The notes beneath the pieces were generated by a model, which saw only the letters and a list, made by a program, of their open reading frames with translations, ran no database searches and was not told the DNA's origin. Shown one piece after another: positions 30,314 through 39,276 of a stretch of 64,000 nt of DNA. The stretch is from an uncultured Acidobacteriota bacterium. GTDB taxonomy: Bacteria > Acidobacteriota > Vicinamibacteria > Marinacidobacterales > SMYC01. Numbering within the stretch: the stretch's first letter is position 1; each line of letters opens with the position of its first letter. The position numbers were made by a program, and so were the translations under genes. The DNA is taken from positions 5,354 through 69,353 of the forward strand of contig CAWGBY010000021.1 of the NCBI GenBank assembly GCA_963820855.1, read 5' to 3'.

Positions 30314-33300
30314 CGCTTTCGCCGCATCGGAAGCTCGCTCCGCCAGACACCGTCCAGGTCGTGGAGCGCCGCCGCCACCGCGCCGGCCGTTGGGACGAGT
30401 CCAATCTCGCCGACGCCTTTGATCCCGTAGGGCGCGTTCGGCTGAGGGCTCTCGACGAGAATCACGTCGAGCTCCGGCATCTCCGCGGGCTTCAGGATCC
30501 CGAGGCTCTTCAAAGTCAGGTGGGTCGGACGGCCGTTCGCGTCGGCGGGGAAGTCCTCGCTGAGGGCGAAGCCGAGGCCCATGTGCACGGCGCCTTCCAC
30601 TTGCCCCTCGCACAGGAGCGGGTTCACGGCGCGTCCCACGTCGTGCGCGGCGACGACCTTCTCGATCTTTCCGCTGGCGCGGTCCACTACCACGAGCTGC
30701 GCCGCGTATCCGAACGTCGAGTGGATGACGGGATTCTCGACGCCCTCATAGAGCGAATTCGTCCAGTCGACCCGGTACTCACCCGGATAATCGACTCCGG
30801 GACGGCGGCCGTCCGCATCGGCCGCCTTGCACGCGGCGAGGACCGAGCCCGCGGTCATGAGCGTCGCGCGGGAGCCCGTGGTCTGGCCGGCGCCGAGCTC
30901 TCTCGTCGTGTCGACTTTCACGGTGACACGGCTGGGATCGATTCCGAGCTCCTCGACCGCGACCTGAAGAGCCACGGTGTGGACTCCCTGGCCCATCTCG
31001 GTCCAGCAGTGCCGGACCTCGATGCCCCCGTCCTCCGCGAAGCGAACGATCGCTTTCGCGACTTCCTTGAATCCGTTGCCGAGTCCCGAATTCTTGAGGC
31101 CGAGAGCGACCCCGACCGCTTTCCCGGCGGCGACGGAATCGTCGTACGCGGTCTTTACCGCATCGAGGCAGCGGAGGGCGCCGAGACATCCGTCGTCCAT
31201 GATCTGTCCCGGTCCCCAGACCGCGCCAGGCGCGATCACGTTTCGCCGCCGCATCTCGTATCCGTCGAGGCCGGCCTTCTCCGCGAGCCGATCGAGAACG
31301 CCGTCCATCGCGAAGTGCGCCTGGTTCGCGCCGAATCCGCGGAAAGCGCCGGCGATGGGATTATTGGTGCGCGCGGCCACGGCCTCGACGTCGACCGCCG
31401 GCACGTGGAAGGGTCCGGTCGCGTGCCCCGCGGCTCGCTCCAGGACTTTCATTCCGACGGAAGCGTAGGCGCCCGAGTCGCCCACCATCCGCGCTTTCAC
31501 CGCGGTGAGCTTTCCCTCCGCGTCGCAGCCCGCCCAGTACTCCATCCGGATCGGGTGCCGTTTGGGATGCATGAAGAACGACTCTTCGCGGGAGAGCGTG
31601 CACTTCACCGGCTTTCGCAGGAGAAACGCCGCGAGCGCGGTCTGCGCCTGGTTCGATAGGTCTTCTTTCCCGCCGAAGGCGCCGCCGTTCGACACCAGCT
31701 CCGCTTCGATTCGGTCGGGAGCGACACCGAGCACCGCCGCGGTCTGGTTGCGATCGTCCCAGATCCCCTGTCCCCCCGAGTAGAGCTTGAGGCGCCCGTC
31801 GGGAAGCGGCACCGCGAGCGTCGACTCTGGCTCGAGAAACGCGTGGTCGACGCGCTGCGTCTGGAAGACCTCGTGCACCCGATGGGCGGACGAAGCGAGC
31901 GCGGCCTCGACGTCTCCGCGGCGATACTTCGAACGGGAGAGAACGTTGTCTTTCGTTCCCCAGACCGCGATCTCGGCATCCTCGATCGCCGCGAGAGGGT
32001 CGGTGATTGGACGAAGCACCCGGTAGTCGACGTCCACGAGAGCGGCCGCGCGGCGCGCCGTCTCGCGATCGCGCGCGACCACGATGGCGAGAACGTCCCC
32101 GAGGTAGCTCGTGAGACCGCCCTCCGGAATGAAAACCGGCCAGTCCTTGTGGATGAGCCCGACGCGGAGCTCGCCGGGAACGTCTTTCGCGGTGAAGATG
32201 CCATCGACGCCTTCTTCACGCGAGGCCCGCGTCGTATCGATCCGGACGATTTCCGCCCGCGCATGGTCCGTGAGCCGCAGCGCTCCATGGAGCATTCCCG
32301 GGACGCGCATGTCGTCGATGTAGGGCCTCCGGCCAACCGCGAGATCGCACCCCTCGTACTTGATGCCGGAGCTTCCGATGCCTCGAGGGAGCTCGATCGC
32401 GACTTCGCCGCCCTGGGCCAGGAGCTCGACCGCGTCCAGAATCTTCACGTAGCCGGTGCAGCGGCAGAGGTGCGTTCCGAGAAAGCGCGCCGCCTCGTCC
32501 CGCGAAAGACTCGACCCCCTCGAATCGACGAGCGCTTTGGTGCGCATCACGATTCCCGGCGTGCAGAAGCCGCACTGAAGGGCGCCCTTCGAGGCGAAGG
32601 CGCGGGCGTAGCGCTCGAGCTCCTCCGGATCGATTCCTTCGAGAGTTTCGACGCTCTTTCCCGCGGTGGCCGCGAGCGATTGGGTGCAGCTCGTGACGGC
32701 TCTTCCCTCGACCAGCACCGTGCAGCAGCCGCACTGACCCGACGGCGAGCAGCCGTCTTTCGGAGAGATGACGCCCAGCTCTTCGCGAAGCGCGGAAAGG
32801 AGATGAGGGTGGCTTCCCTCGATTTCCACCTTCTCACCGTTCAGCGTGAAGACGGTCACAGCGGAGCCCTCCTTGGGCGGCACCGCGCCCCGGCGCTCGG
32901 TGATGAGCTTGTACTGGTCGGGCCTCCGGTAGCGGTCGAAATCGAAGAGCGTCTCCTTGTAGCTCCTGCACAGATCGAGGTCGCAGTCCGCGACCGCGAG
33001 CTCGTCTCCGTTCGTGTGGCACCGCGCGGCGATGACCCCCGAGGGAGCGATGATCGCGCTCTGCGCGAGGGAATCGACGCCCTCTTCGATTCCGCCCTTC
33101 GCCACTCCCACAACCCAGGTCCCGTTCTGATAGGCGCCGGCCTGCATCACCAGATGGTTGTGAAACCCGGCGAGCACGTCCTGGCTCGGATCCGGCGCGT
33201 AGTGAATGGGCGTGTTGTAGCCGATGAGAATCATTTCGACGCCCTGGAGCCCGAGCACCCGATAGGTCTCGGGCCAGCGGCGGTCGTTGCAGATCGCCAT

Positions 33301-33795
33301 CCCGACGACCCCACCGAACGCGCGCCACACGGGGAAGCCGTCGCTTCCCGGCTCGAAATAGCGGCGCTCGAGGTGCTGGAATCGCCGCCACGGCTCGTGC
33401 TCCTCGTGTCCGGGAAGGTGGACCTTTCGATATTTCCCGACGACGCGCCCGTCGCGCTCGACGAGAATCTGCGTGTTGTAGTGATGCCCGTCGGGGGTCA
33501 GCTCCGCGTAGCCGAGGCAGAAGCCGATGCCGAGCCGTTTCGCCTCGTCGAAGAGAGGCTTCGTATCCCGTCCCGGCATCTCACGCTCGAAGAACGAGTC
33601 GATCTCGCGCGGGTCCTCGATGTACCAGCGGGGGAAGAACGTGGTGAGAGCGAGCTCGGGGAATACGACGAGCTCGCAGCCACGCTCGTTCGCGCTTCGC
33701 AGGAGCGCGAGGAGCCTCTCGACGACCTGCGCCCGCGTCTCGCTCCTCGCCACGGGACCGAGCTGCGCGGCTCCCGCCGTGACCACCCGGCTCAT
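30310..33795 (-). CDS. single ORF encoding N-carbamoyl-amino-acid amidohydrolase (CN-hydrolase) joined in frame to an XdhD-like 2Fe-2S + molybdopterin hydroxylase
   Basis: ATG 33795 (ATGA overlap with the M20 stop) gives MSRVVTAGAAQLG..VVFPELALT..KYRKVHLPG..MAICNDRRWPE (Glu-Lys-Cys triad). Junction is ..DQYKLITERRGAVPPKEGSA-VTVFTLNGEKV. Then CSPSGQCGCC and CGFCTPG (2Fe-2S), hammerhead and MoCo-binding domains, GVGEIG. No frameshift in 3.5 kb. The Arg-rich 5' part of ORF 30310..34953 is spurious. Confidence 0.85.
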   Translation of the reverse strand: MSRVVTAGAAQLGPVARSETRAQVVERLLALLRSANERGCELVVFPELALTTFFPRWYIEDPREIDSFFEREMPGRDTKPLFDEAKRLGIGFCLGYAELTPDGHHYNTQILVERDGRVVGKYRKVHLPGHEEHEPWRRFQHLERRYFEPGSDGFPVWRAFGGVVGMAICNDRRWPETYRVLGLQGVEMILIGYNTPIHYAPDPSQDVLAGFHNHLVMQAGAYQNGTWVVGVAKGGIEEGVDSLAQSAIIAPSGVIAARCHTNGDELAVADCDLDLCRSYKETLFDFDRYRRPDQYKLITERRGAVPPKEGSAVTVFTLNGEKVEIEGSHPHLLSALREELGVISPKDGCSPSGQCGCCTVLVEGRAVTSCTQSLAATAGKSVETLEGIDPEELERYARAFASKGALQCGFCTPGIVMRTKALVDSRGSSLSRDEAARFLGTHLCRCTGYVKILDAVELLAQGGEVAIELPRGIGSSGIKYEGCDLAVGRRPYIDDMRVPGMLHGALRLTDHARAEIVRIDTTRASREEGVDGIFTAKDVPGELRVGLIHKDWPVFIPEGGLTSYLGDVLAIVVARDRETARRAAALVDVDYRVLRPITDPLAAIEDAEIAVWGTKDNVLSRSKYRRGDVEAALASSAHRVHEVFQTQRVDHAFLEPESTLAVPLPDGRLKLYSGGQGIWDDRNQTAAVLGVAPDRIEAELVSNGGAFGGKEDLSNQAQTALAAFLLRKPVKCTLSREESFFMHPKRHPIRMEYWAGCDAEGKLTAVKARMVGDSGAYASVGMKVLERAAGHATGPFHVPAVDVEAVAARTNNPIAGAFRGFGANQAHFAMDGVLDRLAEKAGLDGYEMRRRNVIAPGAVWGPGQIMDDGCLGALRCLDAVKTAYDDSVAAGKAVGVALGLKNSGLGNGFKEVAKAIVRFAEDGGIEVRHCWTEMGQGVHTVALQVAVEELGIDPSRVTVKVDTTRELGAGQTTGSRATLMTAGSVLAACKAADADGRRPGVDYPGEYRVDWTNSLYEGVENPVIHSTFGYAAQLVVVDRASGKIEKVVAAHDVGRAVNPLLCEGQVEGAVHMGLGFALSEDFPADANGRPTHLTLKSLGILKPAEMPELDVILVESPQPNAPYGIKGVGEIGLVPTAGAVAAALHDLDGVWRSELPMRRKR

Positions 33796-35042
33796 GAGGA
33801 AACCGCGTCGGTCTCGGTCAGTGTGAGGACGGTCTCGAGGAGGACGTTCGCCCCGAGCTCCAGGTCCGCGGGGTCGGTGTGCTCTTTCGGGTTGTGGCTC
33901 AGCCCCTTCACGCTGGGCGTGAAGATCATCCCCGACGGGCAGACGCGCGCGAGCATTTGGGCGTCGTGTCCGGCTCCCGCGGGGAGGCGCTTGACCGTCG
34001 CTCCGAGTGACGAGGCGGTCTCCTCGACGAGCGAGATCATTCTCGGATCGAAATCGACGGGCTCGAAGCGCGCGAGTCTTCGGGTCGAGATTTCGACGCC
34101 CTCGTCGTCCCCCGTCCGCCCGAGGAAATCGTCGAGCCTCGCTTCCGCCGACTGCAGGAGCTTCTCGTCGGTATTGCGGAGGTCCACCGTGAAGACCGCC
34201 TTGTTCGCGACGACGTTCACCAGGTTGGGCTCGAGCGTGAGGTAGCCGACCGTGCCGACCTGCGCGCCTTTCATCTCTCTCGTCAGTTGCCGCACGAACG
34301 CCGCCGTCGCCCCCGCCACGTACCCGGCGTCGTGCCGGTACGACATCGGCGTCGTGCCCGCGTGGTTCGACTGACCGCGCACGGTGACTTCCGTCCAGGA
34401 GATTCCCTGGACTCCGGTGACGGCGCCGATGCGGAAGCCCTCGGCCTCGAGGACCGGACCCTGCTCGATGTGAAGCTCGACGTAGGCGTACGGCACCGGG
34501 CCGGGGACCGGGGCCTCGCCTCGATAGCCAATGCGTGAAAGCTCGTCTCCGACCCGCTTTCCGTCGATGGTGACGGCGTCGTGAGCCTCCTCGAGCCCGA
34601 AGCCGCCGACGTACACCAGGCTCCCCATCATGTCGGGGGCGACGCGGCTGCCTTCCTCGTTCGAGAAGAAGGCCACGGCGAGCGGCCGCCGGGTCGTGAC
34701 ACCCGCGTCTTTCAGCGTTTCGACGACCTCGAGACCGGAGAGGACTCCGTAGTTTCCATCGTACCGCCCGCCGGTCCGGACGGTATCGATGTGAGAGCCG
34801 ACCATGACCGGAGGACCGTTCTCGAGGCCGGGACGGAAAGCGACGCCGTTTCCGATGGCGTCGATCGTGACCTTCATCCCGAGCTCGCGCATCCATCGGG
34901 TGACCAGATCGCGGCCCTCTTTGTCGGCGTCGGTGAAGGCGAGCCGGTTGCATCCGCCGTCGTCCCGCGCCCCGCGGGTCGCGAGCTCGGAAAGGCGACC
35001 GAGGAGCCTCTTGCCGTCGACGCGCAGTGATTTCTTCGTCAT
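33792..35042 (-). CDS. M20 family Zn-dependent amidohydrolase (allantoate amidohydrolase / N-carbamoyl-L-amino-acid hydrolase type)
   Basis: MTKKSLRVDGKRLLGRLSELA..GGCNRLAFTD..GSHIDTV..GRYDGNYGV..FSNEEG..SNHAGTTPM..GAGHDAQ. Intact. Confidence 0.9.
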   Translation of the reverse strand: MTKKSLRVDGKRLLGRLSELATRGARDDGGCNRLAFTDADKEGRDLVTRWMRELGMKVTIDAIGNGVAFRPGLENGPPVMVGSHIDTVRTGGRYDGNYGVLSGLEVVETLKDAGVTTRRPLAVAFFSNEEGSRVAPDMMGSLVYVGGFGLEEAHDAVTIDGKRVGDELSRIGYRGEAPVPGPVPYAYVELHIEQGPVLEAEGFRIGAVTGVQGISWTEVTVRGQSNHAGTTPMSYRHDAGYVAGATAAFVRQLTREMKGAQVGTVGYLTLEPNLVNVVANKAVFTVDLRNTDEKLLQSAEARLDDFLGRTGDDEGVEISTRRLARFEPVDFDPRMISLVEETASSLGATVKRLPAGAGHDAQMLARVCPSGMIFTPSVKGLSHNPKEHTDPADLELGANVLLETVLTLTETDAVSS

Positions 35043-35088
35043 CGGGAAATGCCCCCGGGCCTCAAAGGTTATGATAGCCTTTTTTCCC

Positions 35089-35961
35089 ATGGCCAGAATC
35101 GTCAAGGGCGGTCTCATCCAGTGCGCGAACCCCGTGAACGACGAGAGCCGTTCGGTTCGGGAGATCCAGGCAGCGGCGCTCGAAAAGCACCTGCCGTTCG
35201 TCGATCGGGCGGGTCAGGAGAAGGTGCAGCTCCTGTGTCTCCAGGAGATCTTCAACGGGCCTTACTTCTGCCCGTCGCAGGACGCGCGGTGGTACGACGC
35301 GGCGGAGCCCGTGCCGGGACCGACCGTCGAGGCTCTCGTTCCCTATGCGCGGAAGTACCAGATGGTCGTCGTCGTTCCTGTCTACGAGAGGGAGCAGGCG
35401 GGCGTCTACTACAACACCGCCGCCGTCCTCGACGCCGATGGGAAGTACCTCGGCAAGTACCGCAAGAACCATCTCCCGCACACGTCGGGCTTCTGGGAGA
35501 AGTATTTCTTCAAGCCGGGAAACCTCGGCTACCCCGTGTTCCAGACCGCCTACGCGACCGTCGGGGTCTACATCTGCTACGACCGCCACTTTCCGGAAGG
35601 CGCCCGGCTTCTGGGATTGAAAGGCGCGGAGATCGTCTTCAATCCTTCGGCCACGGTCGCCGGGCTCTCGCAGTATCTCTGGAAGCTCGAGCAGCCGGCC
35701 CACGCCGTCGCGAACGGCTACTTCATGGGCTGCCTCAACCGGGTGGGGGAAGAGGCCCCGTGGCGTATCGGAAAATTCTACGGGCACAGCTACTTCGTCG
35801 ATCCGCGGGGGAAGTTCCTCGCGGAGGGAAGCGAAGACCGGGACGAGCTCGTCACCGCGGAGATGGATCTCGACCTCATCGAGGAAGTCCGGCGCGTCTG
35901 GCAGTTCTACCGCGATCGCAGGCCCGAGACCTACGGAGAAATGACGGCCCTTCTTCCTTGA
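35089..35961 (+). CDS. beta-ureidopropionase-type CN-hydrolase (nitrilase superfamily)
   Basis: MARIVKGGLIQC..LLCLQEIF..KYRKNHLP..VYICYDRHFPE..NPSAT. Intact. Divergent from the M20 gene with a 46-bp spacer. Confidence 0.9.
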   Translation: MARIVKGGLIQCANPVNDESRSVREIQAAALEKHLPFVDRAGQEKVQLLCLQEIFNGPYFCPSQDARWYDAAEPVPGPTVEALVPYARKYQMVVVVPVYEREQAGVYYNTAAVLDADGKYLGKYRKNHLPHTSGFWEKYFFKPGNLGYPVFQTAYATVGVYICYDRHFPEGARLLGLKGAEIVFNPSATVAGLSQYLWKLEQPAHAVANGYFMGCLNRVGEEAPWRIGKFYGHSYFVDPRGKFLAEGSEDRDELVTAEMDLDLIEEVRRVWQFYRDRRPETYGEMTALLP

Positions 35962-35980
35962 GGCCGCCGGGAGGCACGAC

Positions 35981-36478
35981 ATGTCTTTGACCGATGCACA
36001 AGCTCACGCGGAGCGGGAATCTCTCGTCGAGCGCTACATCCGCAAGCCCGCCTACACCGGGTTCGAGAGCGAGGCCGCGGGGGTCAACCACCTCGCGTTC
36101 ATCAGCACCGATCTCGACAAGACCATCGAGTTCTACACCCAGGTCATCCGGCTCAAGATGCTGCGGGTGAGGGCGCATGACGAAGACCCGCGATCGACCC
36201 AGGTGTTCTTCGACATGGGACGAGGGGAGCTTCTCGCGTTTCTCCGCGTGAACGACATGAAGGAGAAAGCGCGCCTCGGACTCGGCGGATTCCACCACGC
36301 CGCGCTCACGGTGACCCGCGAGCAATACGAGGCGGCGAAAAAGCGCCTCGACGAGAGGGGAATCAAGTACAGCACGATCTCGCACGAGATCCTGGACACC
36401 ATCACCCTCACCGACCCGAACGGGATCACGCTCGAGCTCTCGGTCTGGAACGTCGACCCGAAAGACGTCCAGATGTGA
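35981..36478 (+). CDS. VOC (glyoxalase/bleomycin-resistance/dioxygenase) family protein
   Basis: GVNHLAFISTDLDKTIEFY..GGFHHAALTV..ITLELS. Intact 165 aa. Confidence 0.85.
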   Translation: MSLTDAQAHAERESLVERYIRKPAYTGFESEAAGVNHLAFISTDLDKTIEFYTQVIRLKMLRVRAHDEDPRSTQVFFDMGRGELLAFLRVNDMKEKARLGLGGFHHAALTVTREQYEAAKKRLDERGIKYSTISHEILDTITLTDPNGITLELSVWNVDPKDVQM

Positions 36479-37938
36479 CAACGGGACTCTCGGGCCCCGT
36501 CGTTCTCGTCTCCTATCTCGTTCTGGTCCTCGCCATCGGGTGGCTCTCGTCCCGCGGGCAGGGAACCCCCGAGGATTTCTGGGTCGCGGGACGTAGCTTT
36601 GGAGTGCCGCTTCTGGTGGCGGCGAACGTCGGCTCCATCCTGCACGGGGGAGCGATTCTGAGCCACGTCGGATTCGCCGCCCACGTCGGGGGAGTGGCCG
36701 TGACCACGAACCTGTCGTACGCGCTCGGGTTCGCGGTGATGTTCTTTTTCTTCGCGGCGAAGCTCCGCCGCTCGCGCGGGTTCACCCTTCCCGACTTCAT
36801 GGGCGACCGGTTCGATTCGCGCCTGCTCCGAGGCTGGACCGCTCTCGTGGTCGCGGTGACGAGCATCCTCTATCTCGTCGCGCAGATCCGCGCGATGGGC
36901 TTCGTGATGGAGCGTCTTCTCGGGCTCGAGTTCTGGGTGGGCCAGCTCGTCGGCACGGCGATCTTCGTCGCGTACGTCGCTCTCGGAGGCCTGAGCGCCG
37001 TCGTCTGGACCAACGTCCTCCAGATAGCCCTGATGTGGATCGGACTCCTGGTCCTGGCGCCTTCCGTGTATCGCGCGATCGGTGGGTTTCGCGAGCGTCA
37101 TGGACGCGAGCGGAAGCGGTGGCTCCCGGCTGGACCTCTCCTTCCGGAGTGCAGTGGTCGACGGGATATCTCATCTCCTGGTACCTCCTCGTCTTCATCG
37201 CCTACAGCACGAGGCTCGAGCTCCTGACGAAGGTGTTCGCCGCCCGCGACGAGGCCGTCGCGCGCCGCGCCATTCCGTGGACCGCGGTCATCGTGATCGC
37301 CTTTCTCGTCTTCGGCGGGACTCTATCTGGCCGCCGCCGCGCGCGTGCTGGTATGGGACTCGATCGCGTCGCCGGACGAGGCCTTTCCGGCGATGATCGC
37401 GATGCTCCTCGGACCGCTCGGCGACGTCGCTCGCGCTCACCGGCGTCGCCTGCGCCATCATGTCCACGACCGACTCCCTTCTTCTGATGACCGGATCGGC
37501 GGTGGCGCACGATTTCCTGAGAAGGTGCGTTCACGAGCCGAGAGGAACGAAGAGGAGCGAGGCCTACTATCTCAGGGTCTCGCGGCTGACGGTCGTGATG
37601 GTGGGCGCCCTGAGCTTTCTCCTCGCGCTTCCTGACGTCGCCCTCATTCTCGAGCTCGTGGCCTACGCGCTCGCGATCGTGGGGTCGAGTTTCTTCTTCC
37701 CGCTGCTCGCGGGGCTCTGGTCGCCGCGCGTGAGCCGCGAAGCGGCGACGATCGCCTCGATCGCGGGCGGCCTCATTGCGGCGTTCTGCACGGTGTTCGC
37801 GATCCGGGAGGCGCCCTGGGCGCTCCAGGTGCACCCGGTCGTTCCCGGGCTCGCTCGTGTCCGGCGATGCTCATCGTGGTCGTGACTCTCTTCACCCGCC
37901 CGGTCCGCGACGAGGCGGTGCGGCTCTACTTCACCTGA
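36475..37938 (+). CDS. sodium:solute symporter (SSS) family transporter; about 5 frameshifts
   Basis: GTG 36475 overlaps the VOC stop (GTGA). EDFWVAGRSFG, TLPDFMGDRF, multiple TM segments across ORFs 36475, 37035, 37345 and 37460. Ends ..VRLYFT*. Confidence 0.8.
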
Positions 37939-37957
37939 ATTCCAAGGAGTGAACTCC

Positions 37958-39276
37958 ATGTCGCGTCGGTCCTTCCTGAAATCGGTCGGCCTCCTCGGAG
38001 GCGCCAGCTTCACCGGACGCCGGGAATCGCAGGCCGGCGGGCTTTCTCTCGGCGATATCGACGTCATCGACGTGCACGTCCATCCGCCGCAGCCGATGAC
38101 GCTTCGGCAGTCGTACGACGGCTGGAACTCGTCTTTCGTCGACGCGCTCTTGCCCGCCTTCGACTATCCGCAGAAAGAAGAGCTGCGGGAGAAGCTCGGA
38201 GGCGTCTTCAAGGGGCACCTCTACCGCATGCCGCGGCAGATCGGCTACTACAACTACATGGCGAGGGTGTACGGCGTCGAGCCGACGCTCGAGGGTTTCG
38301 ACTCCGTCCTCGAGAAGAAGCTCAAGGGCGACTTCAGCGAGTACATCTCCTCGATCCTCGACCGGGAGAGGATCCCGGCCGTCGTCCTTCAGTCGCGCTC
38401 CTCCGATCCGGTTCGGCCGGAGAGCGCGATTCCCCGGCACCGCTTCGTCTGGACGTACTCCGTCGGCGATCTGATCCAGCCGACCTGGCCGCAGGCGCAG
38501 GAAGCGCGCGAGCTCGGGGAAGTGCTCGAGCGGGTCGACTTCGATTCTGAAGCGCGCCGCCGAGAACGATTGCCGCGGAATCAAGATTCCGATCGCCTAC
38601 TACCGGCCCATCGTCATCGAAGCGGTCGAGAAAGACGAGGCCGAGCGACGCGCTCTGAAGACTTTTCGCGACCTCCCACCCTCCGGGCAGCGCGCGTTTC
38701 CCGGCCCGATTCCTCTCTACGACGACCCCGCCGTCACGAGGGCGGTCCACCGGTATCAGGACTACCTCCTCAAGCACATGTACGTTCGGGCGGGAGAGCT
38801 CGGCCTCAAGGTCATCATCCATACGGCCGTCGGGCTCCATCCCGGGACTTCGCTTCGACTACAACAGCCCGGTCGACATGTACCACACCTTCCAGAACGA
38901 CGACGTGAAGCGGGCCTATACCGAGTTCGTGCTGATTCACACCGGTTATCCCTACCATCACCACGTGGCCGCGCTCCTGAGCCAGTTCCCGAACGTCTAC
39001 ACCGACGTCTCGTTCTACGCGAAGTTCCCGGGGACGCTCGAGGAGACGATGAAGGCGTTTCTCTCGCTCGCCCCGTCCGAGAAGGTGATGCACGGGAGCG
39101 ACTCGAACAACGTGCCGGAGGAGATCGGCTACTGCGCCGACAACAGCCGCCGGGTGCTCGGGAAGCTTCTGAACGAGTTCCAGAGCTACTACGGCTGGAC
39201 GGAGAAGGACTGCCGCATCGCCGCCGAGAACGTGCTCAGCGGGAACGCGCGAAGGATCTATCGAATCCCCGCTTAG
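37958..39276 (+). CDS. Tat-exported amidohydrolase (amidohydrolase_2/TIM-barrel type); 2-3 frameshifts
   Basis: AAGGAG then ATG 37958. MSRRSFLKSVGLLGG (twin-Arg). IDVIDVHVH. Continues through ORFs 38778 and 38878 (IIHTAVG, VLIHTGYPY, HGSDSN). Confidence 0.8.

Noticed and set aside
33796-34953. N-terminal 385-codon extension of ORF 30310..34953
   Set aside because: Arg/Gly/Pro-rich low-complexity translation lying antisense-frame over the well-conserved M20 gene. The true start is the ATG at 33795, coupled to the M20 stop.
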